Of a DNA stretch of 64,000 bases, positions 27,507 through 41,744 are shown one piece after another. The stretch lies in the NCBI GenBank assembly GCA_964016885.1, contig OZ024747.1, positions 93,186,001-93,250,000 on the forward strand, written 5' to 3'. This stretch comes from Eledone cirrhosa (taxonomy: Eukaryota). Both the position numbers and the translations under genes were made by a program. Position 1 is the stretch's first letter. Every line of letters starts with the position of its first letter. The notes under the pieces were generated by a model. The model worked only from the letters and a program-made list of their open reading frames with translations, was not told the DNA's origin and ran no database searches.

Positions 27507-29304
27507 CAATGTTAAGCCTGGGAACATTTCTTATAAGTGGATTAAATCATCAATTAGAAGCAATCATTAATAGATGATAGAAAGGTCAGAGTAGCTGGAG
27601 ATGATGAAGTCAGTAGTATTCCAGTGGCTGGTGGGTGACAGATAATACCACCAATTACCAACTGGCCTGCACTTTAGTACACCTACCACTATCACCAAAA
27701 ATATATAAATAAATAAATAGAAGGAATATCAGCAGAAGGGAGGGAATTACAATGAATGATTTTATTAAAAAATTTAAATATTGATGTCATTGTATACTTT
27801 TGCTAAGTGTTTAGATTTCAATAATGAATTCCACACACAAATTTTAGATAAAAATTCGCTAAAAAGTAGTTTTACTTCCATATTATTATGAACATCATCA
27901 CCATCCTCCTCGACACTTAAACGCCTACGCTATCCCTAACACCCCATGCAGCTAAAGACTGAATGAATCTCTATAGTACTACTCTCAAAAGTCTGATCTA
28001 ACTACTTCATGGCTACTCTCTACTTAACTACCAGCAGCTTGCAGTACTTGTTCAATATCACAGGCTAAAATTAAGCAAAAAAAAATACAGTAGATTATAT
28101 ACAAAAATAGTTCAGAAAGAAAACAGAAAAAGCTACTCATAGTTATTAGGATATCCCAGGTTATGAGAATATATCCACCTAGCTGAATGAACCTGGTTTT
28201 TCCAGATTTAATTAAAAGACGATTTAAAAAAATTACAAGCTGATGTAAAGATAAATGGTAAACAAAATCTAAATGTTTGAAAGGATATCCTTGGCGTCAA
28301 GGATATTCATGTGTTCTGCATTTAACACTTTTTAAACCAAACCTCCAGAAATTGCTCTTGGCTCTTTGATATAAAAATCTTTGTTTTGAAGTGTTTACTT
28401 TCCATCATAATTTTATGTAAGAATATTTGTAACTCAACTAGCTGACCTCTATTCCTGCCTGTCTTGGTCAGTCTGCCTTGTTCGATGCCGTAACTCCTGA
28501 TAGAGTTGTAGGGGCACCGTATTGACATACAGTGTTTCTTGGCCATTTTAAGCCTAGCAGAGCCCATCCCTCTCCAGGCCTGAGTACAGCAGATTTCTTC
28601 CAGAGAAATATAAAAAGGGAGAGATAGGAAATGAGAAAGAGATATAGAGGAAGAATTGACCCCAGTACTAGACTGGTGCTTTTTTTAACAACCTCAAAAG
28701 GATGAAAGGCAAAGTTGACCTCGGCAGAGAGCCAGAAGGAATACCATAAAGCATTCTATTTGACGTTCTAACGACTCTGCCAATTCACCACTTACCAGTA
28801 AAGTACTGGGGCCAATTTAATCAATTTTTCCCTTCCACCCAAAATACCAGTGCTAGACACTTAATTTAATTGAGTTTTAACAGAAACATTACAGTATTTC
28901 ACTCAAGAACTATGCAGTATTTAGTTTTATTCCACCCAATAATAAAAAAAACTGCTTAAATTAGAAACAATTATTATTATTACTACTATTCCTATTTTTT
29001 TTATTATTATATCGTATAATACTACAGTGGGTGTTGGTGCTGGGACCAGTCAGGGTAACCTCTCACCAAACTAAGTCCATGACCCAGATATTAATTCCCA
29101 GCTGGAATTGTTCCACTTGTTGGAATATACAGTTGGGAAAAAAAATACGAATGTCAAGCACATATTACTTTTCCTTATATAATACACATGGACTTTAAAG
29201 CTAGCGTGAGAAATGATTGTCACCCATTGTTTTAGGAACAGAAAAAGTCAGATTCAGTTTCATCATGTTTCTTCAGCAGGCTGTAAAAAAAATGATGTTT
29301 GTAG

Positions 29305-29355
<51 letters not shown>

Positions 29356-29442
29356 ACATGCACATACACACCCGCATTCCCTCTCTGTATATTATATATC
29401 ATCATTATCATCATTTTAAGTCCGCTTTTCCCTGCTTGCAAG

Positions 29443-29506
<64 letters not shown>

Positions 29507-30159
29507 CACATTCCCTATCTCTGTATATTATATATACATATATATAATTGCACACGTGTGTGTGTGTGTGCACACGCACCCTGTCTTTATGTGCATGTGA
29601 ATACGAGGAAGAGACAAACAAATCAACCCTTTATGTTTTTAAAATCCTTACATTCATCACCATCATCGTCATCATAATTTTAATGTCCATTAAATGATGA
29701 TGATTCAATAATGGATGTTTCACTACTCCCACTGTATTTAATAAACACATTTCAATAAATTAGTGTGGCAAATATTTGTAACTTTCCTTTTATTAAGGAT
29801 TCTTCCAACCAAAACAGAGAACGTCAGTTAGAATCAAACTCTACTATAAGAGTAGTAGGTGAGTTAGTATTAACATATTTAATACAGGGAACATTAAAAA
29901 GCTAACTAGAAATTAATATGTGATGAGGAAAAAGCAATATTAGCCAATGACTAATTTAGGCATGGGGTAATTAAAGCATCTTTTTTTCTACCTGAACCAA
30001 ATAATCAGCAATTGGAAAATACAAAGGCCTCAACATAAAATGTATTAATGCACTCAAGTTGAGTCTATAACCAAACGTGTGTGAACAAACAGTTACACCA
30101 AATTTCCCAATGCTTCATAATTTAACCATACATTGTAAAGACAGTAATTAGCAGCCAGG

Positions 30160-30235
30160 ATCCCTTTGGTGTAATGGTTAAACATGCTCACCCGGCATAC
30201 AAGAGATGCTTGGTTCAATTCCCCGCAGGAGATTC
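30160..30235 (+). pseudogene. tRNA-like sequence (tRNA pseudogene or SINE head)
   Basis: A box TGGTGTAATGG and B box GGTTCAATTCC at tRNA spacing; stems pair poorly. Confidence 0.55.
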
Positions 30236-30284
30236 TGTACAAAACAAACGTGTATTAATGAAATATTCCCTAATATCACACACA

Positions 30285-30315
<31 letters not shown>

Positions 30316-31609
30316 CAAAATAGTTTGTAGGGCAAGCATAGCATAAGAATCCTGAAACCTCACAGAATTTACTGAAGCTAAATTCCACTCTAAATTGTTT
30401 GGGGCCTGACATTACATGCCACAACTTATCCTCAGCTATTTCATAACTAACATGAATTCCGTTTAAAGTACAAAGCATATTATTTTGCTCAATTTGCTCA
30501 AGAGCAGCTGTAGCAAATTAACAAGAACCTGATAATGGAATTGTAAAATATTTATTAACGAGTATGTATTATATAAAATGATGTTTGGATCCAAGATAGA
30601 AAGTTCTATCAACAAAGATAACCACAGATCTAACAAACCAAAACAAACTGTATTAAAATTCATTAAACATAAACAGTTCCATTTAGCCTATGATAAGAGT
30701 AGTCTCCATCCAACCTATGGTTGTGGGGTAAAAGTACCTAAACTATCAACTACAAAATCATTAATTCAAAATTTGCTACTAACTAACTACATGTGATGCC
30801 GTCAAGATAAAGCATGTTTATAGTGGTTGCCTCAGGCTTAGCAGTTGTTACTTCACAGTTGAGTTACTGAGTTATACAAAAAAACTATCAAATAATATAT
30901 ACACATAGGTGTCGCGGCAAAAAGCACCCAGCCCACACTGTAAAGTGGCCGTGTAGGAGTCACAACAAAAAGCACCCAGCACTCACTGTAAATGTGGTTG
31001 ACATTAGGAAGGGCATCCAGCTGTAAAAATCTAGCCAGAAACAGTTCTATACGAGCCAGACACGGTCACCTGACCCAACTCAGATAGGACAACCCGTCTA
31101 ACCCATGCTGGTGTGGAAAGTGGACGTTAAACGACGATGATGATATTCTTGATTTCCAGAGCTGTCTAATGTTTGCTAACATAAAAAAAAACAGTTAGGA
31201 TATAGGAAAAAAATAAAAAGACCCTTTGTATGTTCAAACAGCTAGAGTGTATAAATATATCATATACACAATTTTACCATGTGATGTATACATACATGTG
31301 TAAGTGTATATTTTTCTAGGATTATTTAAAAAGTCAACTTGTCGAGTTTTTCAATATTTTTTTTCTCCTTGTAAACGTAAGTCAATTGTAGATCAGATAT
31401 GGTGTACACAGTTAAGTGCTTTACACCAAAACGAAGCACCCAGCAATAAAAACAGGAGCAACATATGCCTGACATTGTGAGAACCATTCCACCATACAAA
31501 CATGGTGTATTATTATCATCACCACCATTCACATGCTGGTTTTGGCATAGCTTCCAACTGTGGACCCTTCCTATCACCAACAACTTTACAAAGTATGACA
31601 ATAAAAAAT

Positions 31610-31960
31610 AATGATAATGAAAATTATTGTGTACAGTGGCTCAGGTGCACTACAACTCACCAAAGGTACATGTATAGTACATAGAATAATGTACAAATTT
31701 CAGAAAAGTGAACAAGTCATGATATACACACAGACACGTGTGTGCGTGTGTATAGAGGAGGGAATATCAGGTCTAGTGTTGGTGAATTTCAGGAAGCATG
31801 GAAGTCTTGAAGGATGCAGTGTCCCGACAGCTAACAACCGATGCAGGTAGTTTGTTCCGTGCTTCAAGAACTCTGAGCATGAAAAAATATTTCCGAAAGT
31901 CATGGGAACTGTACTGTTTTCTGATTTTGTAAGCATGTCCACATGTGTTAGACACACATA
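31610..31960 (-). mobile_element. CR1-type LINE 3' end; UTR-only copies at ~21402-21595(-) and 25045-25130(+)
   Basis: NTCGHAYKIRKQYSSHDFRKYFFMLRVLEARNKLPASVVSCRDTASFK. Confidence 0.85.
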
Positions 31961-34054
31961 ATATGTCTTTAATAGTGTAGATCCATCTAATTATTTCAAT
32001 GTTATACAATAGTCAACTAGCATATTTACATCAACATTTCCTTAGTGGAATAAATGTCTGTATTTCTACTCAGCTGGTGTGTTTATGTCTCCAAATCATT
32101 CAGACATCATACATTGATATCTATTTGAATATTGATCCACTTGTTCTATTAATCAAGACTACCAATCACATTTTTGTGGGGGAGTTTACTAATTTACATC
32201 TATTTTCTCCTGATGGTAAAAGTATCAGGATAGTTTTGATATTACATCACTTTAGATCCTTATTTCTAACTCCACAGCTTGGAAAGAAGAACTGTACCTG
32301 TTATCAACCAAACAGGCTGGGCAGAGTACAGTAATGTCTTGCCAAGAAGTACCCTACAATAAATGACTGGGACAAAATTTCAAATAATGGCTATGTCCAT
32401 AAGACATCAAGCACTTCAACCTTCATAGCTTACATCAAAGGTTCTCAAAGTGGATGCTACCGCTCTCACCTTGCGTTGAGAAGGGGTGTTGAGAAGGTGC
32501 AGGGGGAGGAGGTGGTAGAGATAATCTAATAGTATATCAAATATCAAGTGATACATATTATATATAAATATAGTAAAATAAAAAATATAATACTTATTTA
32601 TACACAGTATATATTATATTATTTATAAATCAACGATTTTATTTATTATATATTATTTACAATTTGTGTATAGACAGGTCTCTCAGGAAATAGGGTTGGG
32701 GCGTCACTGAGGTTATTACATGGTCGCGAGCATAAAAAGATTTATCATTTCTATTGAACCTTAGTTTATATTGAACTTATGTAGCCTGAAATACTGAGAA
32801 ATAGAGAGAAGGGCAAGGAGTAAATAGAATTACATTTAAAAAAATGGAATCTAATCCAAATTTTCTTGTGAAATGAATAAGAAATATTTTCTGATGAAGA
32901 TTCAATTTGAGTGTCAGTGATAACATTATAGGATAAAAGAGCTATGGTTATTGAGTTTTGCTACAAGAGTTCTTCACTTGTTTGCCAGTTAGAGATAATG
33001 ATCAGGAGATGGGGCAGCAAAAGAGAGAGAGAGAAAAAAAAAATCTTTGTAAGGCAGCCAAGATTACAACTATAATTAACAACACAGCATCAATGAGATA
33101 ACAGCTACCATTCTTTTGATAGCTATTTTGGTAAGCGCTAAACATAGATGGTATTTGTTTTATCTAACCTCAGACTTTATATTTGGCAAACTGTGACATA
33201 CAACGAAAAGTTAAGATGTGGGAGTGAATGAAAGGTATGGCTGATTTAATCAGCCAAAGAAAGAAAAAATTGTGTTTTTAATGTTCTTTTAAAGCAATAC
33301 AAAAGTGGATTTTGTTCAAAACTGTAAAATTAAGAAAAATATATTAGTCAATAATGTTATAACTAGAGAATTATTTTTAAGAATAAACATTTTCTTTTTC
33401 TTAATTTTCATGTTAACAGGAACTAGTGTTCTTAAAATGTGTATATATACATGAATTATTTACCAGAATGTGATCTAAGCTAAAAGATCATACTAAGATT
33501 TTTCATTTTTTTCCCTTCCATACCTAGTAGCTAAGCATTAGCTGTTAGTCTATCCGAGATCTGTTGTCCATAATACACAGGGCAGAATCATATACCAGAG
33601 TCCTATACATGAAAAGAACATGTTTCTTTTAATGGAATGTTTAAGACAAGATTTATGATGCAGATGTTACACTAAAAAATTCAATAAGAAATACCCATTC
33701 AGCGAACTGTTACACCAAATGTCCAAATTGGTTTAACATTTCATAGCCAAGGCTTTCCTTCTCAAAAGGAGATAAAAAAATAATTTATGTAATTCAAGAA
33801 CAACAAAAAGTTATATAACGTTTAGTTAATATTCAAACACCAACATCATATACTTTCAATGTGTCAAGAATCAATACGGGTACTTTTATGCTTTTTACCC
33901 TACAAATGCCAACTGGTCACCACACCAATCAAACTGGAATAAATGGATATCACCTAGATCGCTAGTGACTGGTTTAATAACATTTCTTATTTGTCTTCTT
34001 GAAACTATATGATCCCTTGACCTTTAAGGAAGAAAATATTGAAAATATACTTAC

Positions 34055-34134
34055 TCTATATGGTTTGTCCGAAGAGATATTTCTAAATCTCTAAGAACCT
34101 GGGTAGATGTTGCATCACCGAGCATTTTCCTTTT
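34055..34134 (-). CDS. FMNL: FMNL exon (GBD)
   Basis: ttacag|AAA...GA|gtaagt; 80 nt; [26 protein letters not shown](E), the hallmark [14 protein letters not shown] motif. Confidence 0.96.
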
Positions 34135-35780
34135 CTGTAATGGAAAAGAAACGAGATAGTTTTAAAACAAAGTGAATTAACGGAAACTTTTTTTTTTTTT
34201 TAAATCTGGTTAGTTTAGAGGAAAAAAGAAAAAACAACGATTTCTTACATTAGCACAAACCCATAAAATTTATAGGGTAAGACTGAATTAACTCCCAAAA
34301 TATTAGTTTATGTATTTCACTGATATCAGAGAAATGAAAGGCAAAGTTGACTGACAAGATTTAAACCCATAAGGGGATGTAGCTAAATACCACAAAAGCA
34401 TTTTATCTGGCACTCTACCATTTCTGCCATTGAACACAAACAATATTTTTTTAATGTAGGCATGCATTAAGAGCTTTTCCCAAGTTCACAATACAATAAC
34501 TCAGAACACATTTCACAAAACACACTGGTGTGTTGTATCTCAGATTAGAATAGGTATATTAGGTGTCATAAGAGAGAATTAAAAGGGTTGAGATCAGAAA
34601 GGGCATCTGGCCTCAAGAAGGACTCGGTGATGAGTGCATACAAATTGAATACAGCCTAAAGTATCCTGTGTATCCCCCATTCTTTCTCATCAAAACCAGC
34701 AGTGAATCCAGTGAAAACAGTCTTTTTATAATGGCTAAGTGCCTGATGTTCTTTGTAGGTGCTGGTATATGAGGTTTGGAACATGGAATGTATAGACAAT
34801 GACGGAGATCCTGAGTGTGTAGGAGACAAGATAGATGGGAAGTGGTACTTAGTGGTGAGAGAAAGGTAAGGACAGAAGAACAAGTTTTTGTTGTAAGAGT
34901 TTCCAGAAGCTGTGTATAGAATGAACTTTTATAGAGTCTGTAGATAGTGTGGTGTAAGTAAAAATAGTGAAATGTTGATGGTGATTGATAAGCTCTTAAT
35001 GAATGGCATCTCAGGACATACCTAAAAGGTTGATCAGAGTATTGAAGAAAAAGAATGGAGAAATGGTTTCTGATTTAGGCACAAGGCCAACAATTTGAAG
35101 GGAAAGGGAAAATCAATGAAATCAACCCCAGTGCTTACTAGTACTTTATTTTATCGACCCTGTAAGGTTGCTATGAACATAATGATGTTTTCTTGCAATG
35201 AAACAACACTATTGTTTTTGTAGAGGAAGGATATAGTTGATAGAATCTAATCTATTATATGAGGTATGGGTACTTATCTTATTGATCTGAACTTATTGAT
35301 TTCAGCTTAGAACACACAAGGGCAGGACTAAAAATATTACTGCTTATTTACAGTTGACAAAATTAAATTGTAATTATTTCTGCCAAATCACCATTCCTAA
35401 CAATATTTTGTTATATTTCTAATGATATATAATACTGCCTATGTGAAATTTAAAACGTAGTCATCCCAATGTAAATACCTATAATAATAGTCAATCACTA
35501 TAATAGAAAAAATTGAGGAAATTACTCCTCGAAATGGAAGAATGTTGAGAGAGGTATCTGTAGAGAAAAGAACTCTGCATCTCACAGATTCTATGGAAAT
35601 ATGTTAACCGTTATTTTGAGGTCTTTTAGCCTGTAGCTCGAAATGTGAATATCCGGCTGACTAAAAGAACATTGAGTTTATTTGAAATGTAGTCCTAATG
35701 TAAATGACTATAATAATAGTCAAACTTTAATTAAAAATGAAAAGAAAATGTAATTTTTCTTCATTATTATGGGGTCGATA

Positions 35781-35975
35781 GGGGCGGTGGATTGGCAGTA
35801 TCGGTAGAGGGCTGGACACCATGCTTTGACGGATAGAGTTACAACCCTTGCCATTCTGAGTTCAAATCCCACCGAGGTTAACTTTGCCTTTCATCCTTAC
35901 GGGGTCGATAAAATAAAGCACCAGTGATGCACTGGGATAATTGCTGGCCTTGTGCCAAAAGTAGAAACAATTATT
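35781..35975 (+). mobile_element. Family-2 SINE, full length
   Basis: GGGGCGGTGGATTGGCAGTATCGG...GTAGAAACAATTATT. Confidence 0.85.
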
Positions 35976-36025
35976 AAGGTGATGTTTGAAACATCCATAA
36001 TAAAATTATGCTAGGTTTGAATTTA

Positions 36026-36253
36026 CCCTTTAGCATTTACATTACTATATATATACTATTATATTTACTATTATATTTTCACAGTAAAGGCTTTACCTCA
36101 TAATTATCTCGCATAATATTGAATATATGAAATTTTGATATTTATTTTGATAACAATACCTTAACATCAATATGAGCAGCCGGTTACAGCAAGTTTGAAC
36201 AAAAAGAGGTGGGAGAATCCTGGCCGGATATAGCCGGTTTAAATGCTAAAGGG
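36026..36253 (+). mobile_element. piggyBac-type MITE family A
   Basis: CCCTTTAGCATTTA...TAAATGCTAAAGGG|TTAA. Confidence 0.85.
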
Positions 36254-37337
36254 TTAAAATAGGTAATTTTGTATTATAGAACAATACAGTTTAATATTGA
36301 AATGGTTGAATTGATACACCATTAAGAAACATATGGCCAACAAAAATACACGAATTGCTCTTCCAATCATTTCTATACATAATAAATAAACTAAAAACAA
36401 TATAGTTTGGGGTGGGGTTTTATCAGTTTCAAGTGCCATCCCTTTCCTGCTAAAAACATTGCCAGCTGAAAATAAGGAGGAAGAGGAAGATTTATATGTA
36501 ATGAAAATATTGATTTCTTTTCACTAGGTTTATTGGTCATTTTGACAAGAGAATCCTTGGAAGACTCAAGCTTTTACAGACAAAACATTTACTGCATTAC
36601 TCTCAAGATGGCAGGGGTGGGTGAGGGAATTCAAGTTGACCGGGGCATGACCCCAGTCTCATTGTATCAACTGCTCAAACAACTTCTCACAAACACAGAA
36701 TAAACTGTACACACTTTGAGTGAAAGAAGACAGAGGAGATTTTCATACTAGCATCTAATAAATACTGCACTTAGTACCTAATATGACTTAGACTGACTTT
36801 AAAGTGTTAAATGATAACATATAAATTTAATAAACTAATATACTCAGCATTTTAATAGTAGTCATTGTTACTTTATTAAATTAACCAGACTGATCTGTCA
36901 ATTTCCACAATATAATTAACATACTATGCAAACCATGCATACTTGTTTTCAAAATAATCCTGTGAGATTCTTATTTTCATACATTCAAAGAATTAATTAC
37001 AATTAGTTGACACTGTTGCTGTTGTCAGCAGTTCATGTCAGGATAGTTGTTCCGAAAAACTTACCAGAGTAATAATCTAGCTGTTGGAACAACAAATCAC
37101 AGCTTTGTTGTTTTAGAACAAGGTTTGCTGTTATAACACTACATTATTGTGACAGTGTGTTGTAGCAGGCAACTAATGAAAAGACACCTTTCTGATCATT
37201 GTATTGGGACCAGAAGGCAAACAATACCAGGTCAAGAGTAAAGGAGCTTTATGAAACAATGGGCCAAACCAACATTTTTCATGAGTCTATGTGCCAAATA
37301 TTCATTTATTTAAAAGTGCTGATGGCTAGGGGTTTAA

Positions 37338-37545
37338 CCCTTTAGTATTTAAACCAGCCATATCCAGCCAGAATTCTCTCACCTCTTTCTGTTAAAACTG
37401 ACCATAACTGGCTGCGCATACTGATGTTAAGGTATTGTTCTCAAAATAAATAATATCAAAATCTCATAGATTCAATATTGTGTGAGATAAAGCCTTTACC
37501 GTGGTAATATAATAGTATATATAGAGTAATGTAAATACTAAAGAG
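37338..37545 (-). mobile_element. piggyBac-type MITE family A (reverse copy)
   Basis: TTAA|CCCTTTAGTATTTA...TAAATACTAAAGAG|TTAA. Confidence 0.85.
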
Positions 37546-37969
37546 TTAAATGGGTTTATATATTTTACAATCGTTATTTTAAAATCCATGTTTGAGCATC
37601 ACTTAGAGAGAAAAAGACAATGAATTGTAGATGATGAAAATAGAACCAATGGTGGATGTTGTGAAGGGACATAGAATGAGATAGTTCGATCATGTGTTGA
37701 GGAAGGATGAGAGTGAGTGGGTGAGAGGAGTAATGGAATTTGAATGTGGAAAGAGCAAGAGGAAGATCGAGAAAGACATGGCTAAAGATAAAGGAGATCA
37801 GGAAATTGGTGAGGAGGTGTGCAAGGAGTTTGTTTTAACAAATAAAATGGCCTTAAAATGCCTACTGTATTTGATGAGATAGAGTCCATGTTATAATCTA
37901 ACTGCATCATGTATATCAATCTTGCATCATCTCCAATCTGACTTGACTTTTTTTTAGCACTATATTTAC

Positions 37970-39035
37970 CACAGGTATATCCCAAACTAGATTTGTGAAA
38001 CTTTTCATACCCAGCAGGTATCAAGCCGACAGACCACAACTTCTCATACCCAGCAGGTATTAAGCCATAACATTACAACTCTGTATCACAGACCAAAACC
38101 TCTCATACCCAGCAGGTATCAAGCCATCACAGACCAAAACCTCTCATATCCAGCAGGTATCAAACCATCACAGACCAAAACCTCTCATACCCAGCAGGTA
38201 TCAAACCATCACAGACCAAAACCTCTCATACCCAGCAGGTATCAAGCCATCACAGACCAAAACCTCTCATACCCAGCAGGTATCAAGCCATCACAGACCA
38301 AAACCTCTCATACCCAGCAGGTATCAAACCATCACAGACCAAAACCTCTCATACCCAGCAGGTATCAAACCATCACAGACCAAAACCTCTCATACCCAGC
38401 AGGTATCAAACCATCACAGACCAAAACCTCTCATACCCAGCAGGTATCAAACCATCACAGACCAAAACCTCTCATACCCAGCAGGTATCAAACCATCACA
38501 GACCAAAACCTCTCATACCCAGCAGGTATCAAACCATCACAGACCAAAACCTCTCATACCCAGCAGGTATCAAACCATCACAGACCAAAACCTCTCATAC
38601 CCAGCAGGTATCAAACCATCACAGACCAAAACCTCTCATACCCAGCAGGTATCAAACCATCACAGACCAAAACCTCTCATAGCCAGCAGGTATCAAACCA
38701 TCACAGACCAAAACCTCTCATACCCAGCAGGTATCAAGCCATCAACAGACCAAAACCTCTCATACCCAGCAGGTATCAAGCCATCAACAGACCAAAACCT
38801 CTCATACCCAGCAGGTATCAAACCATCACAGACCAAAACCTCTCATACCCAGCAGGTATCAAGCCATCAACAGACCAAAACCTCTCATACCCAGCAGGTA
38901 TCAAGCCATCAACAGACCAAAACTTCTCATACCCAGCAGGTATCAAGCCATCACAGACCAAAACCTCTCATACCCAGCAGGTATCAAGCCACCACATTAC
39001 AAGTCTATATTACAGACTAAAACTTCTTATACCCA
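37970..39035. repeat. 41-bp minisatellite
   Basis: Unit CAGACCAAAACCTCTCATACCCAGCAGGTATCAA(A/G)CCATCA, ~22 near-identical head-to-tail copies at 38086-38990 with degenerate flanks; no spacers. Confidence 0.97.
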
Positions 39036-40707
39036 AAAGCTTTCTCTATACAAGTCTGCCAAGTCGTTATTTATTTATTTATAACTTTTAGTCAGGAAGG
39101 AAAGCATAACCCTTTTTGGGAGCTCTGAGATTGAAGAAGGGAAAGGAAGGTCTCCTTAAACCAAAGTCATCGCCCAAAAAGGATCTAAGTGTCAGGTGGT
39201 GGCATTAAACTATGCAACAGGTTAAGAATACACCCCAAGCAGACCAAACTGGGATTTGAATTCAGAAGATGAAGAGCCAGAAGAAATACTGCAGGGTATC
39301 TTGTCTGACACTCCAGCAATTCTGTTAATCAACTACCCCTGGCTGCTAATTTACTTTATTGACCCTAAAAGAATGAAAGACAAAGGTGACCTTGCTAGGA
39401 TTTGAACTCAAAGCACCAGAATACCATAAGGTATTTTGTCCTATGTTCTAATTACTTTCCACTGCCTAATTGAATTATCTACCTTTCTTAGCATAGAAAA
39501 CACATCAAATGACAATGTTGATATTATTTCAGGAAATAAAATAAGTATATTTCAGTCATATTACTCATAGTTATTGTTGACTTATACACAATTTCAAACA
39601 AACTGCAAGAAAAATGATGAATAACACTCAGTAGACTCTGTAGACAACTGGCCTGAGAGATCAGTAGCTCCAGCTATGTACTGACCTTATCTGTGACAAG
39701 CTGTGCAGCCCTTACAATCAGGGAAAAGGGACATTAAATGATGATGATGATAATTATTTATATATAAGGTAGAAGTAGGTTCTATTTTATTTTGGGGAAA
39801 CACTATTGCGTGTGGCATGAAATATTGCACCCAATTCACAATGTAAAGTGGTTGCTGATATGAAGGGCATATATCTATAAAGAAAAATACAGTCAAAAAT
39901 AGTGGCAGTGGTTTCTGGCAGGGCAGAGGACTGCAGTGGTTTCTGGCAGGGCAGAGGACTGCAATGGTTAGTGAGACATTCTAAGAACTATATGACAGTA
40001 ATCAGCATGGAGAAACAGATGTAAAATGATGCTGATGATGATGGTGGTGGTAACATTTTGAAGACAATTCTACCTGCTACAGACAGCCACATATATATAT
40101 ATGTGTGTATCAATGCATGAAAGCCTGTGTACACATGTGTGTGAGAGTGGGAATTCCATCATCAATGTTATCATCACTTTTTTAAGTCCATTTTCCATGC
40201 TTGTATGGGTTAGACACGTCATACCCTGAGACTAGAAAGACTGTCTTGCTCATACGTTACATTTTGGCATGGTGTCTATAGCTAGAAGCATACCAGGTCT
40301 GCTTTCTCGTGGTACTCCTACTGCTGTCTGACAGGGTGGATTTGTGAATGAAAGTAAGTGGAGGAAAGTGTGTACAAGAGTGTATGAATGTATATGGATG
40401 GGAGCATTTGCAGATTATCTGGTATAGGAGAAAGGATTTGTGGAACGGGAATGTTTGTGTGTGTGTGTGTGCTAGGGAGCATCTGTGCGAGCATATGTGC
40501 AGTGCAGGAGAGAGTGCATGTGTGTGTGTGTAGGAAGTTAATGTAAGTACGTGCATCTTGTGGGGGAGGGGGTGAGTGCATATGTAGCAGCAAGAATGTG
40601 TGTAAGTATGTGATTGAGTGAGAGAGAGTATTGGCATGTGAATGCATGCATATATGCGTGTGACTATAAGCATGATAGCAAGTTTGCACAGGCATGAGTG
40701 TGTGTGT

Positions 40708-40743
<36 letters not shown>

Positions 40744-41744
40744 ACACATGCATGTATGTATGCATATGGATTCATATGCGTTGGTGCACTAAGTTCTATG
40801 AAACGAAATAAAAAATAATAATGAGTCATTAATGACTAGCTGATAATCTTGTGTGTATAAATTTATAGAATATGGAGGGGGCATATAACAAACTAATTAT
40901 TTACAAGCAGCAGCAGCAATAATTTTAACTGCAACATTCTGTAATGGTTTAGCAAAATATATTCAATGTTTATAGCAACTTTATGGAGTGGACAGATAGT
41001 TGTGAAAACCTGCAGAGTTTAATTTTTAATGTGATGCAGTCACTAACTTGTTTTGTATGTTTCAAGAATGTCATACTAATGTGGTTTCATGTGGTACAGG
41101 ACATAAAATTTATTTTGACTAGGCAATTTAAGCATTTTTTAAAGGAGGGTTGGAATCTGATTGAATTGACTCCCATAATTACTGGTGTGTGTTTTATCAA
41201 TTCCAATGTAATAGAAACCAATTACAAAACCCAGCCAGAATTCAACTCAAAATATTCTCAAAAATGTTTCTTTTTCGACCACTTATTCCTGAGAGAGTTG
41301 TCAGGGCAGAGCCCAACCAGTAAAGTAACAGTGCTGATGCCACAATAAAAAAAGCGCCCAATCCTGACTGCAAGCTGGCAGTGCTGGTGCCATGATAAAA
41401 TCCCCCTAGTACATGCTCTAAAGTGAATGGCATTTGAAAGGACACCTAGCTGTAGAAACAATGCCAAAATAAGAAAGACATGGTCACCTCAAAACATGAT
41501 AAAGAAAATAAACGAAACTAATGACGATGATGATAATGACAATAATGATAATGATGATGATGATGATAATGGTTTCTGATTTAGGCACAAAGCCAACAAT
41601 TTTAGGGGAAGGGAAAGTCGATTGACCCCAGTGTGTGACTGGTACTTTATTTTATCAACCCAGTAAGGATGAAAGGTAAAGAACTCTATGCTGCAAAGCA
41701 TGGTGTCTGATGCTCTACCGATACTGCCAATCCACAGCCCTAAT

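Noticed and set aside
38086-38990. CRISPR-like array of ~41-bp repeats with an internal palindrome
   Set aside because: Units are directly adjacent with no unique spacers, there are no cas genes, and the context is a eukaryotic intron
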